DNA of 64,000 bases from an uncultured Candidatus Saccharibacteria bacterium (GTDB lineage: Bacteria > Patescibacteriota > Minisyncoccia > UBA6257 > 2-01-FULL-56-20). The notes under the pieces are model-generated. The model saw only the letters and a list, made by a program, of their open reading frames with translations, was not told the DNA's origin and made no database searches. A program made the translations under genes and the position numbers. Numbering within the stretch: the stretch's first letter is position 1; each line of letters starts with the position of its first letter. Shown here piece after piece: positions 47,431 through 56,120 of this stretch. Location: assembly GCA_964361095.1 (NCBI GenBank), contig CAYHZA010000003.1:31773-95772 (forward strand). Reading direction: 5' to 3'.

Positions 47431-49194
47431 ATGGATTCAAATATAAAAAATATCCGCCACTCACTCGCGCACCTGCTCGCCATGGCAGTCCTCAAAAAAT
47501 TCCCCAAGGCAAAATTGGCAATCGGCCCGACCATAGAGAACGGGTTTTATTATGACTTTGAACTTCCGCGAACGCTCACGCCCGACGATCTTAAAGAATT
47601 CGAAAGAACGATGCGCGAGCTCATAAAAGCGCATCTTAATTTTAGCGGAGAAAAACTGACGGCGGTGGCGGCGAAAAAGATATTCAAAGATCAGCCGTTC
47701 AAATTGGAGCTGATAAAAGAATTTTCAAAGGACAAACAACAACTCACCCTCTATAAAACCGGGGATATATTCCAAGACCTCTGCCGCGGCGGACATGTAA
47801 AGAACACAAAAGAAATAAACCCCGAAGCATTCATGCTCACAAAAATCGCGGGCGCCTACTGGAGAGGCGACGAAAAAAATCCCCAGCTCCAGCGTATCTA
47901 CGGCTTGGCATTCGAAACGAAAGAAGAACTTGAGGCTCACCTCACGATGCTTGCGGAGGCGGAAAAACGCGACCATAGGAAACTCGGCAAAGCGCTGAAA
48001 CTTTTTACCATCATCGATGAGATAGGCCCCGGTTTGCCTCTTTTCTATCCAAAGGGAGCAATCTTAAGGCGCCTCTTGGAAGATTTCATTACCGAAACAC
48101 AAGAAGCAAAAGGTTATGTGCCGATTTGGATTCCTCACATCACCAGAGGTGAACTGTACAAAATTTCCGGCCATCTTGATAAATTTGACGCGCTCTATCC
48201 CCCCATGAAACTGAAAGGAGAGACCGATTATTATTTGAAGCCGATGAATTGCCCCCATTTCATGATGCTTTATAAAAGCGAACTGCGCTCGTATCGGGAT
48301 CTCCCGATCCGATGGACCGCAACCACGACGAATTATCGCTATGAAAAAAGCGGGGAGCTTTCCGGACTTACGCGTGTCCGCGCGTTAACCCAAGACGACT
48401 GTCATGTATTTTGTAGAACCGATCAAATCGAAGAGGAAATTAAACTCATGCTTGATATGATACATGATGCCTACAAAGCATTTGGGCTTACCGACTTCCG
48501 TGTTCGCATATCAACGCACGACCCGGAGGAAAAAGAAAAATATATCGGCGAACCCAAAACGTGGAAAATTTCAGAAGCGGTTCTCACTTCATTAGTTAAA
48601 TCTCGCGGATGGAACTATGAGATCGGCGTTGGGGAAGCCGCATTTTATGGACCGAAACTCGATTTCATTTTTAAAGACGTTCTCGGGAGAGAATGGCAAT
48701 TATCCACGATTCAACTTGATATGAATCTTCCGACAAGATTTGGGCTCCACTACGCGTCCCAAGGAGACTCCGAAAATACAAAAGCGGCTTTAGCCGAGCC
48801 TGTCGTTATTCACCGAGCCATCCTCGGGTCAACGGAACGTTTTCTTGGTATTCTTATCGAACATTACGCGGGCGCATTTCCGTTGTGGCTCGCGCCGATT
48901 CAAGCAACAGTACTCCCCGTAAGCGAAAAGTTTTCTTCCTATGGAGAAAAAGTTTCGAAAGAACTCCGCGAGTCGGGAGTACGCGTAACACTCGACGACG
49001 CGAACGAAACCCTGGGCAAACGTATCCGTGAGTCGGAACTCCAAAAAATCCCCTACGTGTTAGTCGTCGGTGAAAAAGAAGAAACAAACGGAACTATAAA
49101 CATCCGCCACTACCGGCGCGGGCAAGAGGGCGAAATCGGCATTCATAGCCTCGTAGAAAAAATAAAAGAGGAGATAGAAAAGAAAACAATTTAA
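47431..49194 (+). CDS. thrS: threonyl-tRNA ligase (no TGS domain)
   Basis: RHSLAH, DLCRGGH, KPMNCP, AFYGPK, HRAILGS. Confidence 0.97.
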   Translation: MDSNIKNIRHSLAHLLAMAVLKKFPKAKLAIGPTIENGFYYDFELPRTLTPDDLKEFERTMRELIKAHLNFSGEKLTAVAAKKIFKDQPFKLELIKEFSKDKQQLTLYKTGDIFQDLCRGGHVKNTKEINPEAFMLTKIAGAYWRGDEKNPQLQRIYGLAFETKEELEAHLTMLAEAEKRDHRKLGKALKLFTIIDEIGPGLPLFYPKGAILRRLLEDFITETQEAKGYVPIWIPHITRGELYKISGHLDKFDALYPPMKLKGETDYYLKPMNCPHFMMLYKSELRSYRDLPIRWTATTTNYRYEKSGELSGLTRVRALTQDDCHVFCRTDQIEEEIKLMLDMIHDAYKAFGLTDFRVRISTHDPEEKEKYIGEPKTWKISEAVLTSLVKSRGWNYEIGVGEAAFYGPKLDFIFKDVLGREWQLSTIQLDMNLPTRFGLHYASQGDSENTKAALAEPVVIHRAILGSTERFLGILIEHYAGAFPLWLAPIQATVLPVSEKFSSYGEKVSKELRESGVRVTLDDANETLGKRIRESELQKIPYVLVVGEKEETNGTINIRHYRRGQEGEIGIHSLVEKIKEEIEKKTI

Positions 49195-49204
49195 AAAGCC
49201 CGAA

Positions 49205-49417
49205 CTATTTCTCGCTCGGGCTTGTGATACTTTGCTCGCCCTTTTTGGGGCAACACCGCGGGCACATCTCAACAACCGGATTGCTTCGCTCCTGCCACCG
49301 CCGTGGCGCAATACTAAATTTGTACTTTTCCTGTCGCCCGGTAAACACGAGCTTCTTGCCGTTACAAGTCGGACAGAGACTTTCTTTGTTCTCTTGCTTA
49401 TCCGCAGGCATCAACAC
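49205..49417 (-). CDS. small zinc-ribbon hypothetical protein
   Basis: CPTC...CPRC; GAGGAGG SD. Confidence 0.5.
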   Translation of the reverse strand: MLMPADKQENKESLCPTCNGKKLVFTGRQEKYKFSIAPRRWQERSNPVVEMCPRCCPKKGEQSITSPSEK

Positions 49418-49545
49418 TCCTCCTCAGTAATTTCTTTCGTGCTAAGCCCATAGTACCATAAACAAGAACGCAATAATCCAGAATAAGTAAGGGCTCCTAT
49501 AAATAGGAGCCCCGTATCGGACGCAAGGAAGCGGATTCTAGGGAT

Positions 49546-49632
49546 TCAGCCTCGAGACTCTTTCATGAGCTCGATAGCCTCCTCCCGCGTGACGAAGTAG
49601 AGCACCCCATTCACGACGAAAAGCATTTTCAC
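49546..49632 (-). CDS. 28-aa small protein
   Basis: GAGGAGGT SD; MKMLFVVNGVLYFVTREEAIELMKESRG; downstream hairpin 49491-49512. Confidence 0.45.
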   Translation of the reverse strand: MKMLFVVNGVLYFVTREEAIELMKESRG

Positions 49633-49700
49633 CGAAATCCACCTCCTCTCGCTTTTTCAGGTTACTTGCTACCTTTAATTATACCACACAAACAACTAAA

Positions 49701-50711
49701 ATGTCAAGTAACTCGCAAACCCCAAAAATCCTCGTGATTCTGGGTCCTACGGCGAGTGGGAAATCCAAACTTGCGGTAGAACTGGCAAAGCAATACAACG
49801 GCGAAATAATCTCCGCGGATTCCCGACAGGTGTATAGGGGGCTGGATATAGGCTCAGGGAAAGTGCCCCGCGACAATTTAAAGATCAAAGATCAAAGATC
49901 AAAATTACAAAGCAAAATTAAAAATAATGGGGAAGGTTATTTTCATGGGGGCATTAAGCACCATCTACTTGATGTCGCAAGCCCTAAGTGGACCTTCACC
50001 GTGACGCAATATCAGAAACTGGCGAGAGCGGCGATCAATAAAATTTTAAAGAAAGGAAAAACGCCCATCATTGTCGGAGGCACGGGATTTTATATTGACG
50101 CGGTGCTCCATGGCTGGGAACTCCCCGCGGTAAAACCGAATCTGATATTGCGCAAAAAACTTGAGAAGCTCTCTCCGGAAAAATTATTTGCGGAACTTAA
50201 AAGGCGCGACCCTCGCCGCGCTCGAACGATTGACCGGCACAACAAGCGCCGGCTCATCCGCGCGCTCGAAATCATAACGGCGACAAAAAATCCCGTGCCG
50301 CCGCTTGCGGAAAGAAATTCTTACTCCAATGTTCTTGAGAACATTGGAGTAAGAACCGGCAAGAATATTTTAAAAATCGGCATACGGCTTCCCGATGAGG
50401 AACTCAAAAAACGCATCCACAATCGCCTTCTCGGCTGGCTTCGAGAGGGGCTTCTTGGGGAAATTAAAAAACTCCGCGCGGAAGGAGTAAGCTGGAAACG
50501 GCTGGACGGTTTCGGATTAGAGTATCGGCAGGCAAGCCGATATCTGCGTCACCTTATTACAAAAACAGAGATGATCGAAAAATCGGAAACCGAAATCCGA
50601 CGCTACGCCAAGCGGCAAATGACATGGTGGAAACGCGACAAAGAAATCGCGTGGCTCAAAAATGAAAAAGAAATCTTTCAAGCAGTGCGGCGATTTGTTG
50701 CTTTATCGTGA
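49701..50711 (+). CDS. miaA: tRNA dimethylallyltransferase
   Basis: GPTASGKS, ADSRQVY, VGGTGFY, YAKRQMTW. Confidence 0.96.
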   Translation: MSSNSQTPKILVILGPTASGKSKLAVELAKQYNGEIISADSRQVYRGLDIGSGKVPRDNLKIKDQRSKLQSKIKNNGEGYFHGGIKHHLLDVASPKWTFTVTQYQKLARAAINKILKKGKTPIIVGGTGFYIDAVLHGWELPAVKPNLILRKKLEKLSPEKLFAELKRRDPRRARTIDRHNKRRLIRALEIITATKNPVPPLAERNSYSNVLENIGVRTGKNILKIGIRLPDEELKKRIHNRLLGWLREGLLGEIKKLRAEGVSWKRLDGFGLEYRQASRYLRHLITKTEMIEKSETEIRRYAKRQMTWWKRDKEIAWLKNEKEIFQAVRRFVALS

Positions 50712-50790
50712 AACTATTGCCGTGTCGCAGAAGCCCGAGATACGACGCGACAGTTTCGGGTGCAGGGTGCGCGACGATTCTCTTCATCAT
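50656..50790 (-). pseudogene. remnant C-terminus of a DGR-type reverse transcriptase
   Basis: MMKRIVAHPAPETVASYLGLLRHGNSFTIKQ resembles the SYFGVLGHCKGF tail of the RT at 28719. Confidence 0.6.
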
Positions 50791-51029
50791 CCCTTGAGAC
50801 TTCAAATGAACTCAGTCGAAGTTATACTCTTGGGATTGTATCGAATTCGGAATCTGTAATTCCTTAACTTCTTGCACCAAGTAGCAACAGTATAAAGCGC
50901 ATAACACCGCGCACCGAAAACAGACATGTCCGCTCTCGTTCCGGCAAATGCCATCGCAGAATTCGACCGCACACAACCGTAGCCGTATACGCAACGTCTA
51001 CTATCCGTAATCATGGTATCACAATATGC

Positions 51030-51066
51030 AAAAGGCTCCGACGACATGATGTCGAAGGAGCCTTTT
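51030..51066. terminator. hairpin downstream of the orphan target gene
   Basis: AAAAGGCTCC...GGAGCCTTTT with an inner CGACA/TGTCG stem. Confidence 0.6.
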
Positions 51067-51141
51067 TGTGAAAGAGTCCAAGTGACTAAGGTTCAAATCA
51101 AAAACCAAAGTCACAAGACCCAAAGTTGCTACTTGCCCGCC

Positions 51142-51777
51142 TTAGGCGGGCTTACTGGAGATCGCCAGACGCCCGCGCCGATCCAAGTGAGTGCCGAGCC
51201 AGTACCAACGCAGGTACCACTGCGTGCTGCCCTGAGAGAGGCATGGGACGAACCGGTAGCCGTTCTCGTTCACCACGACCAGTCCAGAGAAGTCGATGTA
51301 GATCTTCCCGAGAAGAGCCATAAAGTCCGGGAATTCGTCTTGGTGCTCCACGAGCCAGACGGCCTGCTGATAGCCCAGACAGAGATCGAGCTTCGAGGCG
51401 ATACGGCACTCGTACTCGGTGCCGTTTATCCTGTTCTCGTCGGGACGCAGGACGGTCGCGAGTGCGAGCGTAGTCACTTCGATCGGCGAAGTGTCCCGCT
51501 CGATGGACTTGATCCACGAAAACTTCGCCTGGAGTTCCCAGAGTGTCGGCCGCGGGAGTGCGGGAATTTGGAGCGTGAGTTCGTCCGTCTCGCGGAAGAA
51601 ATCGCCGATCTGCATCCGGAAGCCGTTCCGGACAAAAGCAGTGAATTCGCTTCCCGCACGCTTGGCCTCACTAATACCCACCTGAACCTGCTCGACTGTG
51701 AGCGAGTCCCAATCGGCATTCTCGCCGAGTTTGGCAAGAAGCGAGAGACATTGCTTCGCGGAAATCTTGCTCATCAC
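51142..51777 (-). CDS. probable orphan DGR target-like protein
   Basis: C-terminus VVVNENGYRFVPCL..W.L.W.WL.....GRLA resembles a VR scaffold; lies upstream of the RT remnant. Confidence 0.65.
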   Translation of the reverse strand: MMSKISAKQCLSLLAKLGENADWDSLTVEQVQVGISEAKRAGSEFTAFVRNGFRMQIGDFFRETDELTLQIPALPRPTLWELQAKFSWIKSIERDTSPIEVTTLALATVLRPDENRINGTEYECRIASKLDLCLGYQQAVWLVEHQDEFPDFMALLGKIYIDFSGLVVVNENGYRFVPCLSQGSTQWYLRWYWLGTHLDRRGRLAISSKPA

Positions 51778-51928
51778 GTCCTCCTGTGCCGCGGGGATTT
51801 AAACACGTCGCATTATGCGAGCGTTTGGTCCTCTCGTTTCGCCGCAGCGCTTAACGCATATGAACGCCCTAAGCGCTGCGGCAAATTCGCAAGTAGATTA
51901 ATTTATAAAAGTGCTATTATCAGTGATA

Positions 51929-51958
51929 ATTTTAGCACTATTTATACTATTTTGTCAA
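51929..51958 (-). promoter_or_regulatory. sigma70 promoter of the orphan target
   Basis: TTGACA-18-TAAAAT with extended TG; same layout as 31326-31355. Confidence 0.65.
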
Positions 51959-51976
51959 CCCCCACACCAAACGAGT

Positions 51977-52234
51977 TCAAGTGGCCAGAGATTTCTTGAT
52001 GCGCCCGAGGAGCTGCTTCATCGCTTTAGCTCTTAGCTTCAAATTATGTTCCCTGTGCCTCGCATCCTCTTCTACTGCATATGCCTCCGCGTACACCAGT
52101 TTGAAGGGCCTACGGTATTTGGTGGATATTACAAATCCGGAGTTATGTTCTTTTATTCTCTTTGCAAGATTTCCGGTAAAACCAATATAAAATCTGCCAT
52201 CTTTCAAGCTTTTCAAAATATATACCGAGAACAT
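51977..52234 (-). CDS. small GIY-YIG nuclease
   Basis: VYILKS..FYIGFT.NL.KR..EHN.G..ST..RRP..LVY.E. Confidence 0.92.
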   Translation of the reverse strand: MFSVYILKSLKDGRFYIGFTGNLAKRIKEHNSGFVISTKYRRPFKLVYAEAYAVEEDARHREHNLKLRAKAMKQLLGRIKKSLAT

Positions 52235-52248
52235 AACTCAAGAACTCG

Positions 52249-53724
52249 TTATGGTGTGGGGGTCAAATGTTTCAAAAAAAGCTCCTTCAAAACCTCGGGG
52301 CTCCCCCGCCCCTTCAATTTTGCCATTGCCTTTCCAATCAGAAACTGCACGCTCGCTTCCTTCCCTTTTTTATAATCGGCAACCGCCGCCGGATTGTCCG
52401 CGATGATTTCTCTTACGGTCGTTTCGAGTTCGCTCGAATCAGAAACGGTATGAAGACCTTCGTTCTCAAGAATCTCTTCCGGATCGGAACCGTCGTCAAA
52501 CATCTTCCGCAAAATATCTTTTGCCTGCCGGCTCATAATTTTCCCGTCCGCGATCAAATCCACAAGATGCGCAAGATGCTCGGGAGTGACTTTTACGGCC
52601 GAGAACGGGGTTCCCGTTTCGTTCACAAGCCCCAAGAGGTCGCTCGTTAAATAATTAAAAAGCAGATCGCGCGGTTTTTTGTCTATCCGCGAAGTATTTT
52701 TTTCATCCCGCGCGGCAAGTTCGCTCGCGGCCGCCTCAAAAAAATCGGAGAGTTTTTTGTCTTCCACCAAGAGCGCCGCCTGCTCCTCCGAAAGAGCGTA
52801 TTCCTTCCCCAAGCGGACAAATTTTGCCGCCGGCAATTCGGGCATCTTGTTTTTCAAATGCCAAAGGTCGAAGCTTTTTGTTTCAAACGGCGGCAGATCC
52901 GGCTCGGGAAAATAACGATAATCGTGCGCCTCTTCTTTTGAACGCTGGCTGACGGTAATTTTTTTCACATCATCCCAGCCTCGAGTTTCCTGTTTTACCT
53001 TTTCGCCCCTCTTTAATACGCCCTCCTGCCGCTTTAACTCGTACTCAATGGCATCGTGTACGGCCCTGAACGAGTTAATATTCTTTACCTCTACCTTTGT
53101 CCCCCATTTCCAATTACCCTTAAACCATTTACCCAAACTTACGTTCGCCTCAACGCGCATCTGACCCCTGTCCATATCCGCGTCGGAAGCCCCCAGATAA
53201 CGCAAAATGAGCTGGAGGTTTTTCGCGAATTCCACCGCTTCATCCGAAGTTTTAAAATCCGGATCGGTAACAAGCTCCATGAGCGGTAACCCCGCGCGAT
53301 TGTAATCAACCAGCGTCCCCGTCTCCGAATGTTGTAAACGTCCGGCATCTTCCTCTAGATGCACGCGGGTTACTTTAATCGTCGTGCCGGCTTTCCTTAA
53401 TGCCATCGTTCCGCCCGCAACGATTGGTTCGTCAAATTGCGAGATTTGATATCCCTTGGGCAAGTCGGGATAAAAATAATTTTTGCGGTCAAATTTTGTA
53501 ACGGCCGCGATCTTCCCGCCCAATGCGAGGCCAACTTTTATGGTTGCCTCTACTGCCTGTTTATTGATAACCGGCAATGTTCCGGGGTGCCCGAGACAAA
53601 CGGGGCAAACATTCACGTTCGGACGCTTCTCGTCCGGATCATTCAAGGAATCACAAAACATCTTGGTTTTGGTCTTAAGTTCCGCGTGTATTTCTAACCC
53701 AATGGTAGGAACGTACTTACTCAT
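52249..53724 (-). CDS. gatB: Asp/Glu-tRNA amidotransferase subunit B
   Basis: IGLEIHAEL, FDRKNYFYPDLPKGYQISQ, YRYFPEPDL. Confidence 0.97.
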   Translation of the reverse strand: MSKYVPTIGLEIHAELKTKTKMFCDSLNDPDEKRPNVNVCPVCLGHPGTLPVINKQAVEATIKVGLALGGKIAAVTKFDRKNYFYPDLPKGYQISQFDEPIVAGGTMALRKAGTTIKVTRVHLEEDAGRLQHSETGTLVDYNRAGLPLMELVTDPDFKTSDEAVEFAKNLQLILRYLGASDADMDRGQMRVEANVSLGKWFKGNWKWGTKVEVKNINSFRAVHDAIEYELKRQEGVLKRGEKVKQETRGWDDVKKITVSQRSKEEAHDYRYFPEPDLPPFETKSFDLWHLKNKMPELPAAKFVRLGKEYALSEEQAALLVEDKKLSDFFEAAASELAARDEKNTSRIDKKPRDLLFNYLTSDLLGLVNETGTPFSAVKVTPEHLAHLVDLIADGKIMSRQAKDILRKMFDDGSDPEEILENEGLHTVSDSSELETTVREIIADNPAAVADYKKGKEASVQFLIGKAMAKLKGRGSPEVLKELFLKHLTPTP

Positions 53725-53820
53725 GAGCGTGCCTGCCCGCCGCAGTTTTAACGAAGACGGGTATTTCAAGGCCTATCGTCGGAATATATTTCATATAGAG
53801 TTATGATAGAAGAAAAAAGC

Positions 53821-54432
53821 CTACGGGAAAAGCGCAATGGTCTTTGTTTTGATCTCGTTGAACACTTTGAGAATCGGCTGATCGCCATCCACGATGTGCA
53901 TATTCACAAACTTCTCCGGCAATTTTTGATAGGTTTCCCATACTTTCTTCAACACTTCCAATTTCTCAAAAAGTTTGATGTCCCCCTTGCGCGCGTAAAT
54001 CCGTTCTATGCAACGTTCCGGCAAAACTTCAAGAATAAACGTAAGATCGGGAGTTGGGAATTCGGCGTTCAAGCCGATAAGCCAATCCAAATCGCACCCG
54101 GTCGCACCAAACGCAAGAGACGAAAAAAAATAGCGATCGGAAATCACTATCTTCCCGTCTTTGAGCGCGGGCAGAATTAACGTATCGAGATGCGTTCTGC
54201 GGTCCTCCGTGAAAAGCTCCTGAAGTTCCTGCGGAGAGCGCGTCTCCTCGTGCGCAAGAATCTTCTTGATGATCATCCCTGCGTTGCTTTCTTCGGTAGG
54301 CTCTTTCGTAAAAACAACTTCCTTCTCTTGGGATTTAAAAAACTTCGCCAAAAGCTCCGCTTGGGTCGTTTTTCCGGATCCGTCGAGACCCTCGAACACA
54401 ATAAATTTTCCGGGACGTGTATTGTTTTCCAT
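53821..54432 (-). CDS. tmk: thymidylate kinase
   Basis: FEGLDGSGKTTQ, SDRY. Confidence 0.95.
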   Translation of the reverse strand: MENNTRPGKFIVFEGLDGSGKTTQAELLAKFFKSQEKEVVFTKEPTEESNAGMIIKKILAHEETRSPQELQELFTEDRRTHLDTLILPALKDGKIVISDRYFFSSLAFGATGCDLDWLIGLNAEFPTPDLTFILEVLPERCIERIYARKGDIKLFEKLEVLKKVWETYQKLPEKFVNMHIVDGDQPILKVFNEIKTKTIALFP

Positions 54433-54523
54433 AGCTAAAACAGCTCTTGCTCATTGTAGCAGAAGCCCTTTCCGAAAAAAAATGAAATTCGATCCTATCC
54501 TTCAATCGTAATTCCCACTCTTC

Positions 54524-54641
54524 GTCGTGAGTCGCTTCCGCCAACTGGCGGACAGCAACTCACTCCCTGAGAACCCTCGGTTCTCAGCTACTCTCCTATA
54601 CGGGAGGAACCTCATACTTTCCTCCCGACCCCTCCTTCGGA
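54524..54641 (+). repeat. repeat family C with a nested TCCGCCAACTGGCGGA palindrome
   Basis: GAGTCGCT..CAGCAACTC.CTCCCTGA.AACC..CCTATACGGG..CCCGACCCCT shared with 40822-40923. Confidence 0.8.
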
Positions 54642-54651
54642 AGCATGGAAA

Positions 54652-55074
54652 TCACTCAACTGTGATTCCCATGCTCCTCGCTGTGCCTTCAATAATCTTC
54701 TCCGCGGCTTCAATGCTGTTCGCGTTCAAGTCAACCAATTTTTTCTCCGCAATCTTCCGGATATCGGCTTTGGTAACTTTTCCTATCTTATTTTTAAGCG
54801 GATTCGCCGAACCTTTTGCGATGCCTGCCGCTTTTTTGAGCATATCGGACGCGGGAGGCGTTTTAAGCTTAAACGTAAAACTCCGGTCTTCAAAAATCGT
54901 TATTTCCGCAGGCACCACATCACCCGTCATTTCTTTCGTGGCCTCGTTAAACTGCTTGCAGAAATCCATAATATTGATGCCGTGGGGCCCGAGCGCGGTG
55001 CCAACCGGAGGAGCCGGATTTGCTTTTCCGGCATCAAGTTGAATTTTGAGAATTGTCTTTATTTTTTTTGCCAT
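54652..55074 (-). CDS. rplK: 50S ribosomal protein L11
   Basis: [23 protein letters not shown]. Confidence 0.97.
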   Translation of the reverse strand: MAKKIKTILKIQLDAGKANPAPPVGTALGPHGINIMDFCKQFNEATKEMTGDVVPAEITIFEDRSFTFKLKTPPASDMLKKAAGIAKGSANPLKNKIGKVTKADIRKIAEKKLVDLNANSIEAAEKIIEGTARSMGITVE

Positions 55075-55217
55075 GCCAATGTTGTTTAAATTTATGAGCT
55101 CAATGCGAAGTAAATTTTACTACAACATTGAGCACCGAGCACATAAGAAACTTATGTGCTCGGTCAGATTACGGTAGTGAAAAATTCTAATACATATATT
55201 TGAATTTTTCAACCGAA

Positions 55218-55787
55218 TCAGACCTTTTTTACTTGTAATGAATCGAGCTCTACAGCCGTATCTCGGCCGAATACGGGAACCAATACTTTAACCTTTCCCT
55301 TCTCCTCGTCAACCTCGGACACTTTCGCGTCGTAATCCTTGAAGGGGCCGTCGGTAATCTTTACGAGATCGCCGACCGCAAGATCAATAGTCATCTTTCC
55401 CTCATCCCGATCCGTGCGCGCGAGAAGCGACTCCACCTCTTCCTTGGAAAGCGGCGTCGGCTTTGTGCTGTCGGCTCCCACAAAACCGGTGACGCGTGGA
55501 GTGTTGCGCACTACATACCAGGAATCGTCCGTCATCGCCATCTCAACAAGCACATAGCCCGGATATGTTTTTTCTTCAACGGTATGCCGCCGACCGCCTT
55601 TGATTCTTACGATTTTTTCCTTCGGCACCACCACGTTGAAAATTTTGTCTCCCATAGAGAGGGACTCAACGCGTTGTTTTAGATAGCGCGCGACGGCTTC
55701 TTCGTAGCCGGAATAGGTGTGAACCGCGTACCACTGCCGTTCCTCTTTTTGATTCTGCGTGCTACTCGATGGTTTTTCGTGTTCCAT
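55218..55787 (-). CDS. nusG: transcription termination/antitermination factor
   Basis: WYAVHTYSGYE, PGYVLVEM, VRNTPRVTGF, KOW motif. Confidence 0.97.
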   Translation of the reverse strand: MEHEKPSSSTQNQKEERQWYAVHTYSGYEEAVARYLKQRVESLSMGDKIFNVVVPKEKIVRIKGGRRHTVEEKTYPGYVLVEMAMTDDSWYVVRNTPRVTGFVGADSTKPTPLSKEEVESLLARTDRDEGKMTIDLAVGDLVKITDGPFKDYDAKVSEVDEEKGKVKVLVPVFGRDTAVELDSLQVKKV

Positions 55788-55792
55788 AAAAT

Positions 55793-55978
55793 TTATGAGA
55801 TAAGAGCTTCAAGCGCTTCAAGAAAAATATAATCGAACGCGCCCAAAAATACCGCGAGAATCAACGAAAGTCCGACAACCACCGCCGTAAGATACATCGC
55901 CTCTTGTCGGGTCGGCCAATTCACATGCCGCCACTCTTGGCGCGCTTCCTCCAGAAAATTCTTTATTTTTTTTATCAT
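55793..55978 (-). CDS. secE: preprotein translocase subunit SecE
   Basis: EWRHVNWPT + TM; upstream of nusG. Confidence 0.92.
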   Translation of the reverse strand: MIKKIKNFLEEARQEWRHVNWPTRQEAMYLTAVVVGLSLILAVFLGAFDYIFLEALEALIS

Positions 55979-56120
55979 ACGTCTCTCTTAATTTAAAAAG
56001 CCCCCCATTGGGTACTTTTTCTTACAGCCCTATCTTACCAAAACATGAGTCCGCTGTCCAGCAGTGTAGGGCGATACAGGAACAACCCAAAACCAGAGCT
56101 CAAATGCACCACCCCAAAAC

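Noticed and set aside
51145-51290. Second VR for the intact TR
   Set aside because: No gap-free, adenine-only-mismatch alignment to the TR; treated as a separate relic system
51013-51999. 328-aa plus-strand ORF (and similar long antisense ORFs such as 2564-3139, 3650-4288, 24263-24874, 30682-31290)
   Set aside because: Antisense shadows of better-supported genes; no recognisable motifs
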